Part shown: one piece after another, positions 1-13,600 of the stretch | How positions within the stretch are numbered: the first letter of the stretch is position 1 | How the letters are laid out: every line of letters starts with the position of its first letter | Source of the DNA: Octopus vulgaris | Lineage: Eukaryota | DNA length: 64,000 bases | NCBI GenBank assembly: GCA_951406725.2 | Contig: OX597825.1 | Coordinates: forward strand, 42,656,001 to 42,720,000 | Reading direction: 5' to 3' | Made by a program: the position numbers and the translations under genes | The notes under the pieces: model-generated | What the model saw: only the letters and a program-made list of their open reading frames with translations | What the model was told of the DNA's origin: nothing | Databases searched by the model: none

Positions 1-2554
1 TGGTCTCCAGTCAGGTTTTGATCAAATCCTGAGCCTTGTCCTTGAGAGACTTGTGGCTTCTGCTGCTCTTTTTAGGCTGGGTGATGCCACTGAAGAAGTC
101 ACCCTGCTCCTCTTCATCATTGCTGATCCCCAAAGTTAACTTAAAAGTTAAATTGCTAAGGAAAATGTTAACTTTGTGAATTAAGAATTAACGAATTAAT
201 AGTTTGGTGCCCAGGTTAAATAATATTAGACGAAGATTTGTCTGGTGGTTTTAATTAATATGTACTTTGGAGATATGGGTAGTATGGGTAATTGGTTAAA
301 GGGAGCACTCAGATAGTTTGAGTCAGCTGTTCATATCCGTTCACTGGTACTACTCTAGGCACATGGACGTAAAACACATTTTTAGGAAAATTAGTTTTCT
401 TTAGATATACATGCACTAAATATGCAATTGTTCTGTAGTCAGCAGCAATACTTTATAATTAAAACTTTTTTTTGGTAATTTCCACTGCTGAGTTCAACTT
501 CTATGCATGAAACCATTCAAATCTACCAGTAATATGTTATATAAAAGAGCTTTGTCTTTACAGAAAATAATATTATACTGCTCTATGACATTTAACACTG
601 AGAGGAAATATATTTTGTATGAACTGAAGTAGTTACTACCAGTTTCTAAATACTGATATGCTGATAGATATTTTAATTTGAACATGATTAGGAAGAATTT
701 GTAAAAGGTGAGAAGGAAGCAATACACACAAGTTTGATTATGCAAGTCTTGGTGTGAAAATTTAATAAACTCCATTATATTACTGGTATTTTATTGATTC
801 TCAAAGGATTTTGATCTTACATTAGATTAATATTGGGCTAAATACAAAATATCCTGTATTTGCTGAGTACTTTCTACTTGAACACTGATGTCATTAGAAA
901 ATTGTCACTAATTAACCAAAACATTGAAGATATTTTTTTCAAAGGTAGTTAGGGGGAAGAAAAGAGAACTATAGCATGTGAGACTGGTGCAGCTGAGGTA
1001 CTTATAATACTGTTAGTTAATGCTAGTAAGAATCAAGTAAACAGGGAAGGAATGCAAGTGTAAAGTGTCTAATACAAGAACTTGAAGGTGAGACACAGCA
1101 GTAATGATGAGAGGAGGAGAAATGAGTGTGTCATATGGACATATAAGGAAGGGCGTACTGTTAACAACTAGTTAAGAGTCGTTGGAACAAGTGCTGAATG
1201 GATTGAGAAGCTGATGAACATAGCCCTTTCTGAATGATAAAACAGTGCATATAAAACTTAGCCTATAATGATATATTCAAATTATAATTGCCTTAAATTA
1301 ATAAAGAGAAGTATTTCAACGTACATAATGTACTTCTAGTGACTAAATGATTTCTAACTTTCTTTGTTTATTCATTACAATTTCTCATCAAAATAATGTT
1401 TTCCTGAATTTTAATTTTGATTTCAATTTGGAAATTGTGACAGATGATAAATTAATTTCTGTTAGAGAACACCAGGAACTTAACAATTATGAAACTTTTC
1501 TCTTTTATTAGTCTTTCTTATTTTGCAATTTAGGTATCATTGACAACAGGTATCCAAGTAGCCAAGCATCGAGTTTTGAGAGTGAGACTTACTATAATGT
1601 GCCTAACCTGATGCAACAGTCTGTGTTTGTGAAGCTCTATACATTTTTTCAGCTGTTTTGCAAATTACATATATATGCATGTGCACTCACAAACATGCAT
1701 ACATACATCCTCCTCCTCATCAATCTATGCTCATTTTCCATGCCAGGGCAGGTTGGCTAGTAAGTTTACAGTATCCAATGGACCATATCTTGCTCCAATG
1801 TCTTGACATAGGCATATTTTCTAACACCAACTACTTTAGAAAATGTACTGGGAGCTATTTTCATAGTGTTAGCACAACTGAGGCTGCCTTAAAATTTGAA
1901 AGACTAAAGAGCCTCTTGACTGTGAGGAAGATGACTTCATGCAAAGTGTTGAGAGATGAACATGTGATAGGAAGAACAAGAACAGCTGTATTACTGTCAA
2001 GAAGATTCAGAGCTGCCTTGAATTATATGAGTGTGGCGCAAAGTGGATGGAGTGGCGGCAGAGAGATAAATATAGTAGTAATGAAGTGCTAGAGCAAACC
2101 CTCAAGATATGTTCAAGATGGTGAATAGAAAATAATATTGAGACAGAAGGATCAGAAAGGGGTAAAGGCTGCAAGAGTGTGTTTAGGGAGACTGAGTGAT
2201 ATATAGAAATAGAAGTAGAAAGAGGTATGAGTGAACAAGGGTGGATATCGTTGATGATAAATAAAAATGGTTAAGCCTAGGGTAAGAATAAGGATGGATA
2301 TCAGTAGATGGTGGATGGGGGAGTGAGATTGATTCGTGGTAATACAGAAAAACTAATGATACATGATGGGGGGAGTTCTCCCTTCATTAATTACAACAGC
2401 AGAATAATACATTAAATAAAGGAGTGATAGGGAGATGAGAAAAGAGTAGCAGGTGTGAACTCTAAAGAATATACTGGACAAGGGAACCAATTTTGTGCAT
2501 ACAAATTATTCTTTGACAAAATCAATTTCAACATATATGTATACACACACACAT

Positions 2555-2585
<31 letters not shown>

Positions 2586-2599
2586 AAATATATATATAT

Positions 2600-4570
2600 A
2601 ACCCTAGATACCCTCAGAAAAAAGTTCCCCTCCGTTGTCTTTGGCCTGTACAGAGATGATGCCCTGGCCATCTCTAGTGGGGCAAGTGGCCATACATTAC
2701 ACAGACTTAGGAAAGTCTTAATCAGCACAATTGCCTCCATGGGCTTGAAGATCACCATAAAGACTAACCTCACACCAGTTGACTTCTTAGATATCATGCT
2801 CAACCTGGGCTCCAGTACTTACAGGCCCTACTGCAGACCAAATGAGCAGCTGTCATACATAAACACAACCTCCTGCCACCCATAGTATTCAAGAACCTGG
2901 TAAAAGGCGTCACTAAAACGATTTTAAGCCTTTCCTCTAGCCAAGAAGCCTTTAATGCAGCAGCCCCATACTATAATGAGGCCCTAGCTGCCAGCAGGTT
3001 TATGGACCGTATCTCCTACATGCCAGAACCCAACAGCTGCAGAAATATGACTTGGTTTACCCCCCACTCCCTTAATACAGTAACACTCGTTGGTAGATTT
3101 TCCCTTAAATTAATAGATAAGCATTTCATTAGCTCCCATAAGTATGGTCCCATATTCAACAGGCACAACATTAGGGTCTCATTTAGCTGTGCCCCCAACA
3201 TTAAGAGCATTCTGGTTAGTGCCTCTGGGACACAGGAAGAGGTGAGTTGGTCATGCAGCATCTGAAGCATTTGCCCAGTAAGAGGCTGCTGTGAAACCAA
3301 AGGGGTCGTATACCAAGCCGAGGTTCTAACAAGACATACCTTTAACACCAGCAGAAACAATCACAGCCACAGACATGAGAACATAGCCAGTAACACAGCC
3401 ACCATGGATGGCAGCATCGCTAACAACAACAGCAGCGACATCACCACCACCTTACCAATAGCTTCCCTGCCGTCCACAATGCCAGGCTTACTGGCCACTA
3501 TAATAGTAGTAGCAGAAGCAATGGATTCAGTTCCATCACTGGCTATAACGGCAATAGCAGCAGAACTGACAGTGGTGATAGCACTACTGTTTCCACCACT
3601 ACATACTCCACCAACACCAGCAACAACACCAACAGCCCCGACTCCATCAACAACAACAGCAACTCCGGCAGCAGCATCAACAACAACAACAACAAAAGCA
3701 GCAACAGCAACAATGCCAGTACCAGCAGCAACAACGACTGCACCACAGGCAACATGCACAAGAACAAGAATACGACCAGCACCAACACCACCCCCAGCGA
3801 CGCCAACACTAGCACCAACAGCAGCAGCTCCAACTCCAACAGTGACGACACCACAAGCAGCATTAGTGGCAATGGTAGCAGCAACAGTAACAACAACAGA
3901 GTCAACAACAGCAGCACCTACGACAGCAACAGACGCAACAACATCACACGTCCACACAAGTACATGGAATGCACTGGGAACCCTTTCAAACAGCAAATTT
4001 CCATTCATCTGTCCTCCTTCAGAGTCCTGGAAAGGAAATACGTGACATCGCTGGCCAACCATATCTAGCAACTGAGACGATGTGATTCCATACTCAGTCA
4101 CATGGAAAATACACGAGAACCCAGGACCCTACATCAACAGGATGAAATGGTGCAAGTTATGCATTTCCAAATGCATGAGAAGCCTTAAAGACTCGCTGGT
4201 GCCAGGAGGCATCCTGAACTCCAGGACGGAGACTTTCAGATCATGCCTGCATTTTAGAAAATTCCTACTGGCTTTTTGGAATCTGCATGGTGGCACCACA
4301 GCCAGAAACCAATAGCCAAGGCTGAAGGGAAACAGTTGTTTACTTTTGTGGTGCTTTGGTAACAGCAAGATGGCAGTGCAGCTGAAGATCAATGGGCAAT
4401 AGCAAAGGGAGATAATCACCAAAGGTTTTACCCTAAAAAACAAGGCTTTTCCCCTCCATATTTTAAAGAGGCCTCGGGCCAGCAGTGTTTGGGGTCTGAT
4501 GATATGCCATAAGGCTAAATCCCGCATGGGTGAGAAAACCAAGGTAACCCCATAAACCGGCCTACCCCAT
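2600..4570 (+). mobile_element. Penelope-like retroelement (RT + GIY-YIG endonuclease), 5'-truncated and degenerate
   Basis: Reads GLYRDDALA...VDFLDIML (RT), CPVRGCC..KGVVYQAEV (Zn linker + GIY half), YMECTGNPFK..H..SF (YIG half), then CKLC..LNSRTETFRSCLHFRKFLL. Stops and frameshifts present. Flanked by (TA)n, with a hammerhead-like motif at the 3' end. Confidence 0.88.
4488..4552 (+). ncRNA. Degenerate hammerhead ribozyme in the PLE 3' pLTR
   Basis: ggggt-CTGATGA-(ccat..atgg partial stem II)-GAAAA-cc-aa-gg-TA-acccc. Stem I ggggt/acccc is intact; stem II is partly decayed and there is one extra A. Confidence 0.6.
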
Positions 4571-7023
4571 TATAATATATATATTCATATATATATATAT
4601 ATATATATATAAATGACAATATCAAAGAACGGACTTAGCAAATCATTTTAAGACTTCATTTACAATCATTCCATCATTACTCAATATAATCAATCTTGTG
4701 TAATGCTGTAACAATTCCAGCCACTATTGATTAATGTTTGGCATTAGGAAAGGCATCTGTCAGTAGAAACCATGTCAAGGCAGTCAATGGTACTTAGCAC
4801 GATTTTCTGGCTCACCAGCTCCTGTCAAGCCATCCAATCCATGCCAGCATGAAAAGCAGAAGTTAATTTTGGATGATGAGGGTTATATACCCAAACTCAC
4901 TGCATATGACACACTTTTATATGCTTTTCATGTATATATTCATCAAATTCCATCCACAATATATTATCTAACCTGAAATATAATAGAATAGCACTATGCA
5001 ATAAGATCAAACCTGACATCAGGTCGTTGTGCACTGAATCCTTTAAGTATTCAGCTTTATCTTTGAAACATGCAACTGAAGGGGTCTGAAGGGGTTTCTT
5101 TTTTTTTTTAGTGTTTTTCAGAATACTCTCTACTTTAGCAGCATATACTTATATATAATCTCTATATTAATGATAATTTCTAATTTAGTCACAAGGTCAG
5201 CAGTTTTGCAGGGAAAGTGTTAGTTGATTAAACCAACTCCTTGCACTTAATGCTCGACTGCTATTTTATTTTATTGATTCCTGAAAAGTGAAAGGCAAAA
5301 TTGACCTCAGTAGGATTTGAACTCAGAATGTAAAGGACAATAACTAAATACAACAAATTATTTTGTGCATTTCATCTAATGAGCTGTTATTTCTGTCATC
5401 CAATGATATTTACTCTAAGGTTTTTTAAACATGTTTTATCAGTCCCTATCATAAGATGTCTTCAATATGGCATGGGAATCTTGTGTTAATTTGATGAACA
5501 AGATAGAGAACTACAAAAGAATTAAAGAGTAGATAAAATAAAGAATAAGGCATATGTTCCAATGAGATGAGGAGAGTGAGGTTTAAGTGTTCACAGATTG
5601 AGGAAGTGACAAAGATGAAGTTAATCAAAAATAATAAAATATTACTTATTTTCCATGCAAAAATGTAGATGGCATCAACAATTTTGCTTGCTGATAGAGT
5701 TAACTCTGAAGACAGTCATCGATTGAATAAGTACAATATTCTTCATAACCTTCTTCTAAATTGAGGGAGGAGAATTTTCCTCTAAAGAATGCTGTTAATG
5801 ACATCTATTAAAGCTTTATATATAATTTTTCTTTCCCCATCTCTTTTGAAAATCTCAAGCATTATGACTCTTTAAGACTTATTTTTATCAATATTTGTAA
5901 ACTTGGTGTGAACTGTAAGAAAAATTTATTCTCATCCTACATAACTTTAATAAGTAATGCAATCTATAAATAAGGGAAAATAGGCAATTATATAGTTGTA
6001 GCTTACTTTTCAACTATGCTAACACAATTCAGAAAACAAAAATATTTTTGCGAGGAAAAATTTTTTTAACTTTACAAGAGACTACTTAAAAATAACTGTC
6101 AATGGAAATTAAAAAGAGGTAATAAAATTTCATTGACAAGGAATAAAAATAAATTTTAAATTAGAAAAAAAATGAAAAGCACAACAAAAATAACAAAACT
6201 CACAAACTCTAAACTATATAGTGAGAATCATACATAAATGAATGCTTGTTCCTGAGCTAATAACAAATTGCTTAAAATGTCTGATTACATTTACAGTTAA
6301 TATTCAGAACAACATATGGCTCAGCTGACCTCATCAGCTTATTATTTTTTTTCTTACTAACACTTTACACACATACTCCATACACACACACACACGTATG
6401 CATACACACACGCATGCACACACACACATGTATATATGCATACATAGCAAGAAAGAGAGTAATAATCACTTCTCAAAATTTTTTAACACTTTGCAAATTT
6501 AAAAAAAATATTTTTTATCAATTTGCATAACATCTGAAATGAAAATATTTAAACAAATCAGAATGATGCAGGAAAATGTTTAAATACACATGAGAAATCA
6601 AGTGATACATAAAAAATACTTAACTAACTAAATGAATCCTTAAATTAATAAATACAGCCATTCTGTTCAGAATTTTGAGGGACAATATCATCATCATCAT
6701 TGAACTCACTATTACATCTAAAATAAACATCATCACGAAAGATATTTCTATTTTATTGCATTTGACTTCATTTTAAAACTATTGAATCAAAGTAAAGATA
6801 AGAGTGCTAACTGCACCAAATTCAGCACTCAAGTAGAAATATGGACAAACATGTGCTGAATTCCATCAAATGAGTTTATTTTCACCTTTAACAATATATT
6901 TACCATCTTTTTTTTTTTAATAATTTGTTTCACTTATGTGTGTATGTGTGTGCTTGTGAACAGATCTGTGTGAGAATAGAATTATTTTATTTTCTATTTT
7001 TCTTGTACTAAAGCAGCACTATC

Positions 7024-7119
7024 AATAGTGTTTAACTGCTAAATATTATTCAAAATTTTAAATTTCTTATATATTTCCTATGAATAGTGTTTAACTGCTG
7101 AATATTACTTCAAATTTTA
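7024..7119. repeat. Short direct duplication (~37 bp x2)
   Basis: aatagtgtttaactgct(a/g)aatatta(c)ttcaaa(a)tttta at 7024 and 7083. Confidence 0.7.
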
Positions 7120-8780
7120 GGCAGCAAAACAGTTATTGAAAAGGAAAGTTTCCATATATTAAATATGGGATTTGATTATTTTTTCTTGTCTTTTCTTTTT
7201 CTTTTATTTCATATCTTCTATATAATAAATTTCCAATATTCTTAATTATTTGAGCAGGTTTGTTAAAATCCAAACTATGATTTTCTTATATATGTAATGA
7301 CCTTCAGGTTCAGTTACAGAATTCATGGCCATGAATTAAAATGCTGTAGTGTTGTCCTAGTGGGCAATGTACATGACTATTATTTCAATTTAGTTGTCAG
7401 ATAACTGTTACTACTTCTATGTCAAATCAGAAGAGTTAACAGGGATGAATACCTAAATGTAATAACAACTGTTCCAGTAACATTTTTCTTTGTGGAAATC
7501 ATTCTAGTTATCCTAGCAATAAAGGTAAATTCTAGCATAAAACGTTAATATCAAACAATATTAAAATATTTGTAGACTAGTGAACATTGAATGGGTTTCA
7601 TCACTATTTAAATTTGTTGTGTGTGAAGGCTACAGCAAAAATTAAAATAGTGAACTGTTCCCTAAAATTTTGGACAAAACACAGCATGGTATTTGTTCTG
7701 AATCTTTGTTTTCAGAGTTCAAACACCATCTATATTAAGTTTGCCTTTCCTCTTTTTTTCATTTTGTGGTGGTAGTGGGGGTGGGGGTTAATAGAAAATT
7801 GTTGTAATCCAGGCTGATGGACTGGCAGATGATATGATCTTCAGACAAGATAATATGTTGTATCTGATCGGGCTCTTTGCATTTGGACAGTAGTGTTGTA
7901 ATAATGCAAACAGTGCTAAGCTGTGTTGGTCTTTACCTTACCCTTCTCTTGGACAACATTGAAAAACTATTAATATTAATATTCCTCAAAACAAAACCTT
8001 GTCCAGGTCTGCACATACAGGTGCAGATAATTCATCAACCCTTTGGACAGAAAGCAGAAGACCAACAAAAATTATCAATTTTCTTCACCCACAATTCATA
8101 TGATGTTCATAGGAGTAGAGTCCTCAGGCACCCCTCCTCCATTTGGTCCTATCAGAAGTAACCTTCATTAGACTTTCTGGCTGGATTCCTAAGCATGACC
8201 AACTGAGACAATGGATATCCTTAAGCTGTCACGTTGTTAGTTTAACCCTAGGTCTCCTGCTAGTTGGTTCAGCTTGAAGAATCTATTTTGCAATTCTTTC
8301 CTGCATGGTTGGCTCACTTTGCTATACTCTCCTGCAACCTTCTATTCACATGTTCATGGTACCAGAGTCGTGACCTCTCAATATGGGAGAAGTAGCCCCT
8401 GATCTCCAAGCTACCCACCCTGCTTGTTTTTGTTACTCAGCAATTGAGTTACAAAAGCTAGCAGATATTAAATCAATTCAGAGACATTCTCCTCTTAAAA
8501 ACAACTGCTATGTATGGTAAACTTAAGTTATTATTAAATATCTAATTAGAAAATATTTGTGCAGTGAACTAAAGATATCACTGAATGACTAATAATAATT
8601 TTGGTTTTCTACAGGATAATATTTTAGTCTTGTGATTCCATAGGCAAGTAAAGCTCTCACTGTACTTGTGAAAGAATTCATTGGAATATCATTGAGTGAA
8701 TCAAAAAGATTATACTTTGGCTGGAAAAAGGATATATAATTGCAAATGGGTCCCACTTTTCATTGGCAATCAGTGATTGT

Positions 8781-8826
8781 CACACACTGATGATGGGTCA
8801 GTACCCAGAAACTCGAGTCCATGTGT
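8781..8826 (+). ncRNA. Minimal type I hammerhead ribozyme (PLE-type)
   Basis: cacaca-CTGATGA-tgggt/cagt/accca-GAAA-ctcgag-TC-catgtg. Perfect core, 5-bp stem II, palindromic stem III ACTCGAGT. Stem I is restored to cacacg/cgtgtg by reversing two CpG decays. Confidence 0.8.
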
Positions 8827-9032
8827 ATCATGTCAGATTGAAGATGGGAAGGATGGCTTCCCTTTGCAAATACTGATAGGTCACAGAAAGTGTGTCAATA
8901 GCCAGCTGGAGGAGATGTCCTCCTGGGGCTACAAGCAACAGTAGCATCCACCCTTAAGGTTTAGCCACATTTAAGTGGCAAATATACTTCATGTTGTCAT
9001 GCAGCTACTGTTTATACCTCGCTCAGAGATTT

Positions 9033-9222
9033 ATAATAACAACAACAATATCAAAAAATACCTTAGAAATGAGAACCCAGGTTCGAAATTTTCCCAAGAC
9101 ACCTGATGAAGGCTGGAGGGTATATCAACCGAAACGTTGTGTTAACAACAAAGAAGATGAGGACAAATATCCATCAAATGTAAATAATGTACATAATTCC
9201 TCATCTCTTAAATATAGAACTG
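9033..9222 (+). mobile_element. Hammerhead-bearing short repeat, copy A (most intact core)
   Basis: (taa/caa)n-aaaaataccttag..ccaggttcgaaat..gacac-CTGATGA-a-ggctg..caacc-GAAAC-GTT-gtgtt. Four more copies occur in the window. Confidence 0.85.
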
Positions 9223-10224
9223 TATCAAAGGAAAAGAGTTTGGGGATTTGCAACTCACGAACATCCTATATAATAGCCCATGAGAAAAGCAAGGTTAAGT
9301 CCAACAACGTTGAGAGATTGTGCTTGGGATTTGTTTATAGACATAGCAAAACTAAGTTTCGCTGGAAAGTGGAGCCGTTTAAATTCATAGGGAGGTGAGA
9401 TGGGATTAATGGGATCCGTGGAATGAAAACATCATCAACCTTATATTTCCCAAAAGAAAGGAATTTTAGCAGTAAGGAGTAAACCTCTTGTTTCATTATC
9501 ACAATTAAAAAGTGTTTATCTTTACTTTTAAAAAAAAGCGGTGGGATCATAGACGTATCACAGGGAATTATTCAATACCGTGTTTGCTTCTATCAGAATC
9601 GTTTACCTTGAAAGCGAAAAACCGAAACCGACATATACTACAGGTATGTAAAGCATATTTCTGGTTTTGAAAAAAGTAAAAAAATTAGTGACCCTCACCC
9701 CAGAACCTTCCCCAAGTAATGAAAAACCTTCATGACAAATTTGGTACGGATTGATCCCGTGGTTTGCCCGTGCATAAAGGAAACACTCACAAACACAGTG
9801 AATTTTATTTATATGAATAAAGTATGTTGTCTAAAAAACTGATGTTTAATTTCATTTGTTCATTTAATTATTTGCATACACCTTGATCACCTGATCTTGG
9901 CATGCTATACCTTTTTGGAAGTTCTATGTCTAAGCTACATGAAAACTTCAGCCCTCTAGGTCTGTTTTTAAGGATTTTAGAGCCAAAAAACCAAAGCTAA
10001 ATTCGTTTGATAAAAGTTAGCGGTTATTAGTTAGAATTAGCTTCTGCTAATTCATTTACCTGTTTCATGGTTTAATGTTTGCGAAGTTAAGTTTTTTAGT
10101 TAGCAGATTAGCAAAGTTAACTTTTTGGTTAGCTGTGCCCACCACTGTGCCTGATCATGGTTATTTTACATCTTTTATCCAAATTCTTAGTTATCTATTT
10201 AGTATGAGTAGTGAGATTGCACAT

Positions 10225-10405
10225 TATTTACATTATTTACATTTGATGAATATTTGTCCTCATCTTGTTTGTTGGTAACGCAACATTTTGGCTGATATAT
10301 ACCCTCCAGCCTTCATCAGGTGTCTTGGAGGAATTTCGAACCGGGGTTCTCATTCCTAAGGTATTTTTCGATGTTATTATTATTGTTGTTGTTATTATTA
10401 TTATT
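10225..10405 (-). mobile_element. Hammerhead-bearing short repeat, copy B (left arm of an inverted pair)
   Basis: Reverse complement of copy A, with GAAAC decayed to AAAAT. Its (TAA)n holds the Dong insertions. Confidence 0.85.
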
Positions 10406-10606
10406 CTATGTTTGACTTTTGCTTTATATTTGTACAAGTTGGCTCCAAGTCTCACCCAGAGACCTCAAGAGACAACAGGGTTGGAAGTTCATGTTGTTGT
10501 TATGCCTAGTGTGCCATATCTTTGGGGGGTGGGGGTGTTGTACTAATGAATGTCTAAAAAAAAAAATTTTTTTTTTTTTTTTTAAACCAAAAATTATGTT
10601 TGTTTT
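10406..10606 (-). mobile_element. Second, heavily 5'-truncated R4/Dong insertion (3' UTR only)
   Basis: Near-identical to 10655-10854 and separated from it by (TTA)n. Confidence 0.8.
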
Positions 10607-10654
10607 ATTATTATTATTATTATTATTATCATTATTATTATTATCATTATTATT

Positions 10655-13600
10655 CTATGTTTGACTTTTGCTTTATATTTGTACAAGTTGGCTCCAAGTC
10701 TCACCCAGAGACCTCAAGAGACAACAGGGTTGGAAGTTCATGTTGTTGTTATGCCTAGTGTGCCATTTATTTGGGGGGTGGGGTGGGGTGTTGTACTAAT
10801 GAATGTCTAAAAAAAAGTTGTTTTTTTTTTTAAACCGAAAATTATGTTTGTTTTAAACCTTGAGATTACATAGAAAGTATTTTGCGTAGGATATGAGCAG
10901 TTCCCATGAGCACTATCTTTTGAATTTCTGCCATTTTTGGGTTTCCTGGTATCTGAGTTAGGTAGCTATCAGTCCCTTTTGCTATCATTCCCAGGGCACC
11001 TATGACAACAGGTATTGTTTTAGTCTTCAGCTTCCACATTTTGCTGATTTCTATTTCAAGATCTTTATATTTGCTCAGTTTTTGGTAGGTCTTGACAGAT
11101 ACATTTATATCGATTGGGACAGTCATATCAATGAGGAGGCATGTTCTTTGTTTGAAGTCTTTCAATATGATGTCTGGCCTATTTGCATCTATCTTTCTGT
11201 CAGTTTGAATGGTGAAGTTCCAGAGGAGTGAGATGTGGTCATTTTCAAGCACTGGGGGTGGTTTGTGTTCCCACCAGTTTTTTTCATGGGGCAAATCCAG
11301 GTTTTTACAGATTACCCAGTGAATATATTGTGCAGCTCTATCGTGCCTGTTGAGATACTCTGTAGGCACTAGAAGACTGCACTTGGAGACCACATGGTCA
11401 ATGGTTTCATTTTGTTGCTTGCATACACGACACGTTGGACTGCTTCTGATCTTTAATATGTAGGCCTGGTAGTTTCTTGTTGGTAGGCATTGATCTTGAG
11501 CTGCTATGATAAACCCCTCTGTTTCAGATGTTAAGCCAGAGGCCATTAGCCATTGATGGGTCAGGGCTTTGTCAACATCTGCATTATTTGCTCTCTTTGG
11601 GTATTTGCCATAGAGAGATTTTTCTTGCCATTTATCATTCAGAATATCTAAGGCCGCAGATTTAGCACGGGTTTTCATGTGCTTAGCTTTTTCTGTGCCT
11701 GTTTCTTGTATGTCTATCTCTAATTCCGAAATTTGTTGTATTCGGAATTCACTTAGATATTCCTTTGCCTGTTTTGTTACTGAGTATGATGTTTTCTTGT
11801 TTTCATGTTTTGAGACAAGTTTTAACATCCAGTCCTCAGAGTTTTTCAGGTAGGTGTCTAGGCCAATTGTAGCAATCTTCATTGTTATTGCCAGTTGTAA
11901 AAGTCCACGGCCTCCTCTCTTTTCTTGGCAGATAAAGTCATTCTGTATCTGCCTTAGGGTGGTGCATTCTATGCATTGTCAACAGTTTTCGTATTTTTCT
12001 GTCAAGATTACATATTTCAGTAATTGACCAGTTAACGATATTGAAACTGTAAGTCACGACTGGTATGGCTAATGCATTGATCGCTTCGATCCTGTTTCTC
12101 GCATTCAGCTCTGTCTTGAGTATTGCTCTTACTCTGCGATAGCATTCTCTCCTGATCCTTTCCTTCATCTCTGAATGCCTTATTCCTTCTCCTTCAATTA
12201 CCCCTAGATACTTGTAGTTCTCTGCTGGGTCTAAGTCTTTTATGACATTCTGCTGGTCAAGGTTAACGTTAGATGTTTCTGTCATTTTCCCTTTGATAAA
12301 GGTAGCTTTTGCGCACTTATCGAGGCCAAATTGCATTCTGATGTCATCACTGAATTGTTTGACAATCGCTAGTAAGCCCCTGAGTTGTTGGTCATTTTTT
12401 GCAAAGAGCTTTAAATCATCCATGTAAATGAGATGATTTATATTTTTATCAAACATTTTATATCCGTACTGTGCGTCATTGAGCAGTTTTGAGAGAGGTA
12501 TTAAGGCTAAACAGAAGAGGAGCGGTGATAGTGAGTCACCCTGGAAAATGCCACATGAAATTTTTACATCACCAGCATTTAGAGATTCATTGTCACTGTT
12601 CAAAGTTAGTGTGGTTCTCCATGATCTCATACTTACAGACAAAAAGTTTCGCAGAGCAGGTGCTATCTTATACATTTCTAGGCATTTATTAATCCAGCTA
12701 TGTGGTAGGCTATCAAAAGCCTTTTTATAGTCTATCCAGGCTATTGATAAGTTTTTGTGTCGTTTGTGACAATCTTCTAAGATCATCTTATTGATGAGTA
12801 GTTGATCTTTACAACCGTAGGATCCACGTTTACATCCTTTCTGTTCATTAGGGAATATGCTGCTGTCTGTCAAAAAACTATAGGTATATTCCGTCAGGAC
12901 AGATGTTAGTGTTTTATACATAGTTGTTAAGCAGGTTATGGGTCTATAGTTTTGGGGTTCATTTGTTTCTTCACTTTTTGGAAGCAGGAATGTTAACCCA
13001 TTAACTAGCCAAGGAGGCATCCTACTAGGGTGTTGCAAAACATCATTGTAAAGTTCTGTTAGCAGTTCATGGCTCTCTGGGAAGGCATTCAACCAAAAGT
13101 TAGGGATTTTATCCTTTCCTGGAGACTTCCATTTGCTTGACCTCCTGATAGCAGATCTTATATCTTCTACCTTGACACCCTCCCACTTTTGCTCTTCTAA
13201 GGAGTCCAGTTCTTTAGATATTCTATCAATCCAGGGGGCCTTTTCGATGTGTGTTTTTTCTTCTGCCCAGATTTTATTCCAAAATCCCTGCACTCCTTCT
13301 TTTGATGGTACAGACCTTACAGTAACTGTTGTTTTTCCTATCTTCCTGTAAAAATTTTTGGGGTTATTTTTGAACATGTTGTTGTCCCTGAAGAATCTAA
13401 TACACTTTTCATACCTCGCTATGCGGGCAGCTTTAGCAGATACCTTTTGCTTGATGGTTTCTATGGTGGCATCAATATCAAGTATAGTTTTCATATTATA
13501 TTTTTTCATTAGTTTTTGGGTTTTTGCAGGTTTGGTAGTCTTATGAACCTTAAGGTTTTTCAAATATTCAATGTCAGATCTAAATAGTTTAATTTGTTGT

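Noticed and set aside
1-135. Minus-strand coding fragment (ISNDEEEQGDFFSGITQPKK)
   Set aside because: Contains a stop and lacks a splice acceptor; probably a decayed hAT-like fragment, but too short to call.
3263-3265. In-frame TGA in the PLE Cys-rich linker as a selenocysteine codon (some Naiad PLEs encode Sec)
   Set aside because: It does not fall at an evident Cys position, is simply explained as CGA>TGA decay, and I see no convincing SECIS at 4316-4490. A consensus plus SECISearch would settle it.
3361-4101. Mucin-like, poly-Leu and Val/Ala-rich ORFs as host genes
   Set aside because: They are alternative frames of the low-complexity insert inside the PLE.
8615-8645. Exon after a strong acceptor (ttttctacag)
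   Set aside because: Stops in all three frames within ~21 nt and no clear donor.
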